DNA of 6,623 nucleotides from a virus (Duplodnaviria; Heunggongvirae; Uroviricota; Caudoviricetes): IMG/VR virus record IMGVR_UViG_3300029181_000086; one strand, 5' to 3'. Shown piece by piece: positions 6,164 to 6,623 of this stretch (position 1 is its first letter; each line of letters starts with the position of its first letter). The notes under the pieces were generated by a model. It saw only the letters and a program-made list of their open reading frames with translations, ran no database searches and was not told where the DNA came from. The position numbers and the translations under genes were made by a program.

Positions 6164-6333
6164 TGGCTACACCGCTTATTCGTGTCATGAACGGACACAT
6201 CTACAGAGTACCAAATCGTCGTAAGCGTAAACCTGAGCTGAAGCCATCCGAAATACCAACACTGCTCGGATATACCGCCAGCTTGGTTGATAAAAAATGG
6301 TTGCGACTGGCAGCAAGGAGGAGTCATGGCTGA
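6163..6333 (+). CDS. ninE: NinE-like protein
   Basis: 56-aa product [32 protein letters not shown]...WLRLAARRSHG resembles lambda NinE (NKRKPIPKE...WLRRRARK) as recalled. AGGAGG SD at 6153-6158. ATG overlaps the ybcN stop (TAATG). The ORF-track start at 6100 is an upstream extension. Confidence 0.8.
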   Translation: MATPLIRVMNGHIYRVPNRRKRKPELKPSEIPTLLGYTASLVDKKWLRLAARRSHG

Positions 6334-6616
6334 TTTGAGAAAAGCAGCGCGTGGTCGGGAATGCCAGGTAAGAATCCCTGGCGTATGTAATGGCAACCCT
6401 GAAACGTCTGTACTGGCACATATCCGGCTGACTGGATTGTGCGGCACCGGTACGAAACCGCCAGACCTGATTGCCACCATTGCATGTTCTGCCTGCCACG
6501 ACGAAATCGACCGCCGCACGCATTTTGTTGACGCTGGATATGCAAAAGAATGCGCGCTGGAAGGTATGGCGAGAACACAGGTTATCTGGCTGAAAGAGGG
6601 GGTTATTAAGGCGTGA
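6326..6616 (+). CDS. ybcO: YbcO-like Cys-rich protein (putative zinc-binding nuclease of the nin region)
   Basis: 96-aa product MADLRKAARGRECQVRIPGVCNG...IACSACHDEIDRR..., with AAGGAGGAG SD at 6315-6323. Overlaps the ninE 3' end by 8 nt. Matches K-12 YbcO as recalled. Confidence 0.8.
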   Translation: MADLRKAARGRECQVRIPGVCNGNPETSVLAHIRLTGLCGTGTKPPDLIATIACSACHDEIDRRTHFVDAGYAKECALEGMARTQVIWLKEGVIKA

Positions 6617-6623
6617 ATACCTA
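6613..6623 (+). CDS. rusA: Start of a RusA-like Holliday junction resolvase gene (truncated by the window end)
   Basis: GTG AAT ACC TA = V-N-T-Y, matching the RusA N-terminus MNTYSITLP as recalled. GTG overlaps the ybcO stop (GTGA). Only 11 nt are present, so the call rests on synteny and recall. Confidence 0.35.

Noticed and set aside
6287-6325. Upstream extension of ybcO (ORF-track start at 6287)
   Set aside because: The ATG at 6326 is preceded by AAGGAGGAG and gives the 96-aa product I recall; the extension would start inside ninE without an SD.
5735-6578. Four overlapping minus-strand ORFs (5735..5950, 5962..6519 of 185 aa, 6185..6523, 6324..6578) antisense to ybcN/ninE/ybcO
   Set aside because: They overlap each other in different frames and are antisense to genes with recalled homology. 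Long antisense frames are common opposite coding DNA because codon bias depletes reverse-complement stop codons. No SD or motifs were seen. The 185-aa length is notable but not sufficient.
1-6623. CRISPR array, tRNA, rRNA or IS element
   Set aside because: No direct-repeat/spacer periodicity, no cloverleaf-compatible tRNA-like segments noticed, no rRNA-like conserved blocks, and no transposase ORF with terminal inverted repeats.

Overview
The window reads as the early region of a replication-defective (cryptic) lambdoid prophage, closely resembling E. coli DLP12 as I recall it. Left to right: (i) minus-strand exo-xis-type small genes including a TraR/DksA-type zinc-finger protein (43-641); (ii) a deletion scar where only a C-terminal remnant of a lambda-P-like replication gene survives, overlapping an intact ren (about 650-1489); (iii) a visibly AT-rich cargo island carrying emrE, a 508-aa large serine recombinase (ybcK), a secreted PEBP-family protein (ybcL), an AraC-family regulator (ybcM) and a micro-ORF (ylcH) (about 1490-5600); (iv) the start of a tightly overlapping nin-type operon, ybcN (NinB/Orf-like), ninE, ybcO, and the first codons of rusA (5708-6623). 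No rRNA, tRNA, CRISPR array or IS element was seen; the IS3 copy I remember beside ren in K-12 is absent. All names come from recalled protein sequences, not a database search. GC statements are by-eye estimates, not computed. The most interesting parts are the recombinase-bearing island and its long structured intergenic regions, not a clearly new multi-gene system.
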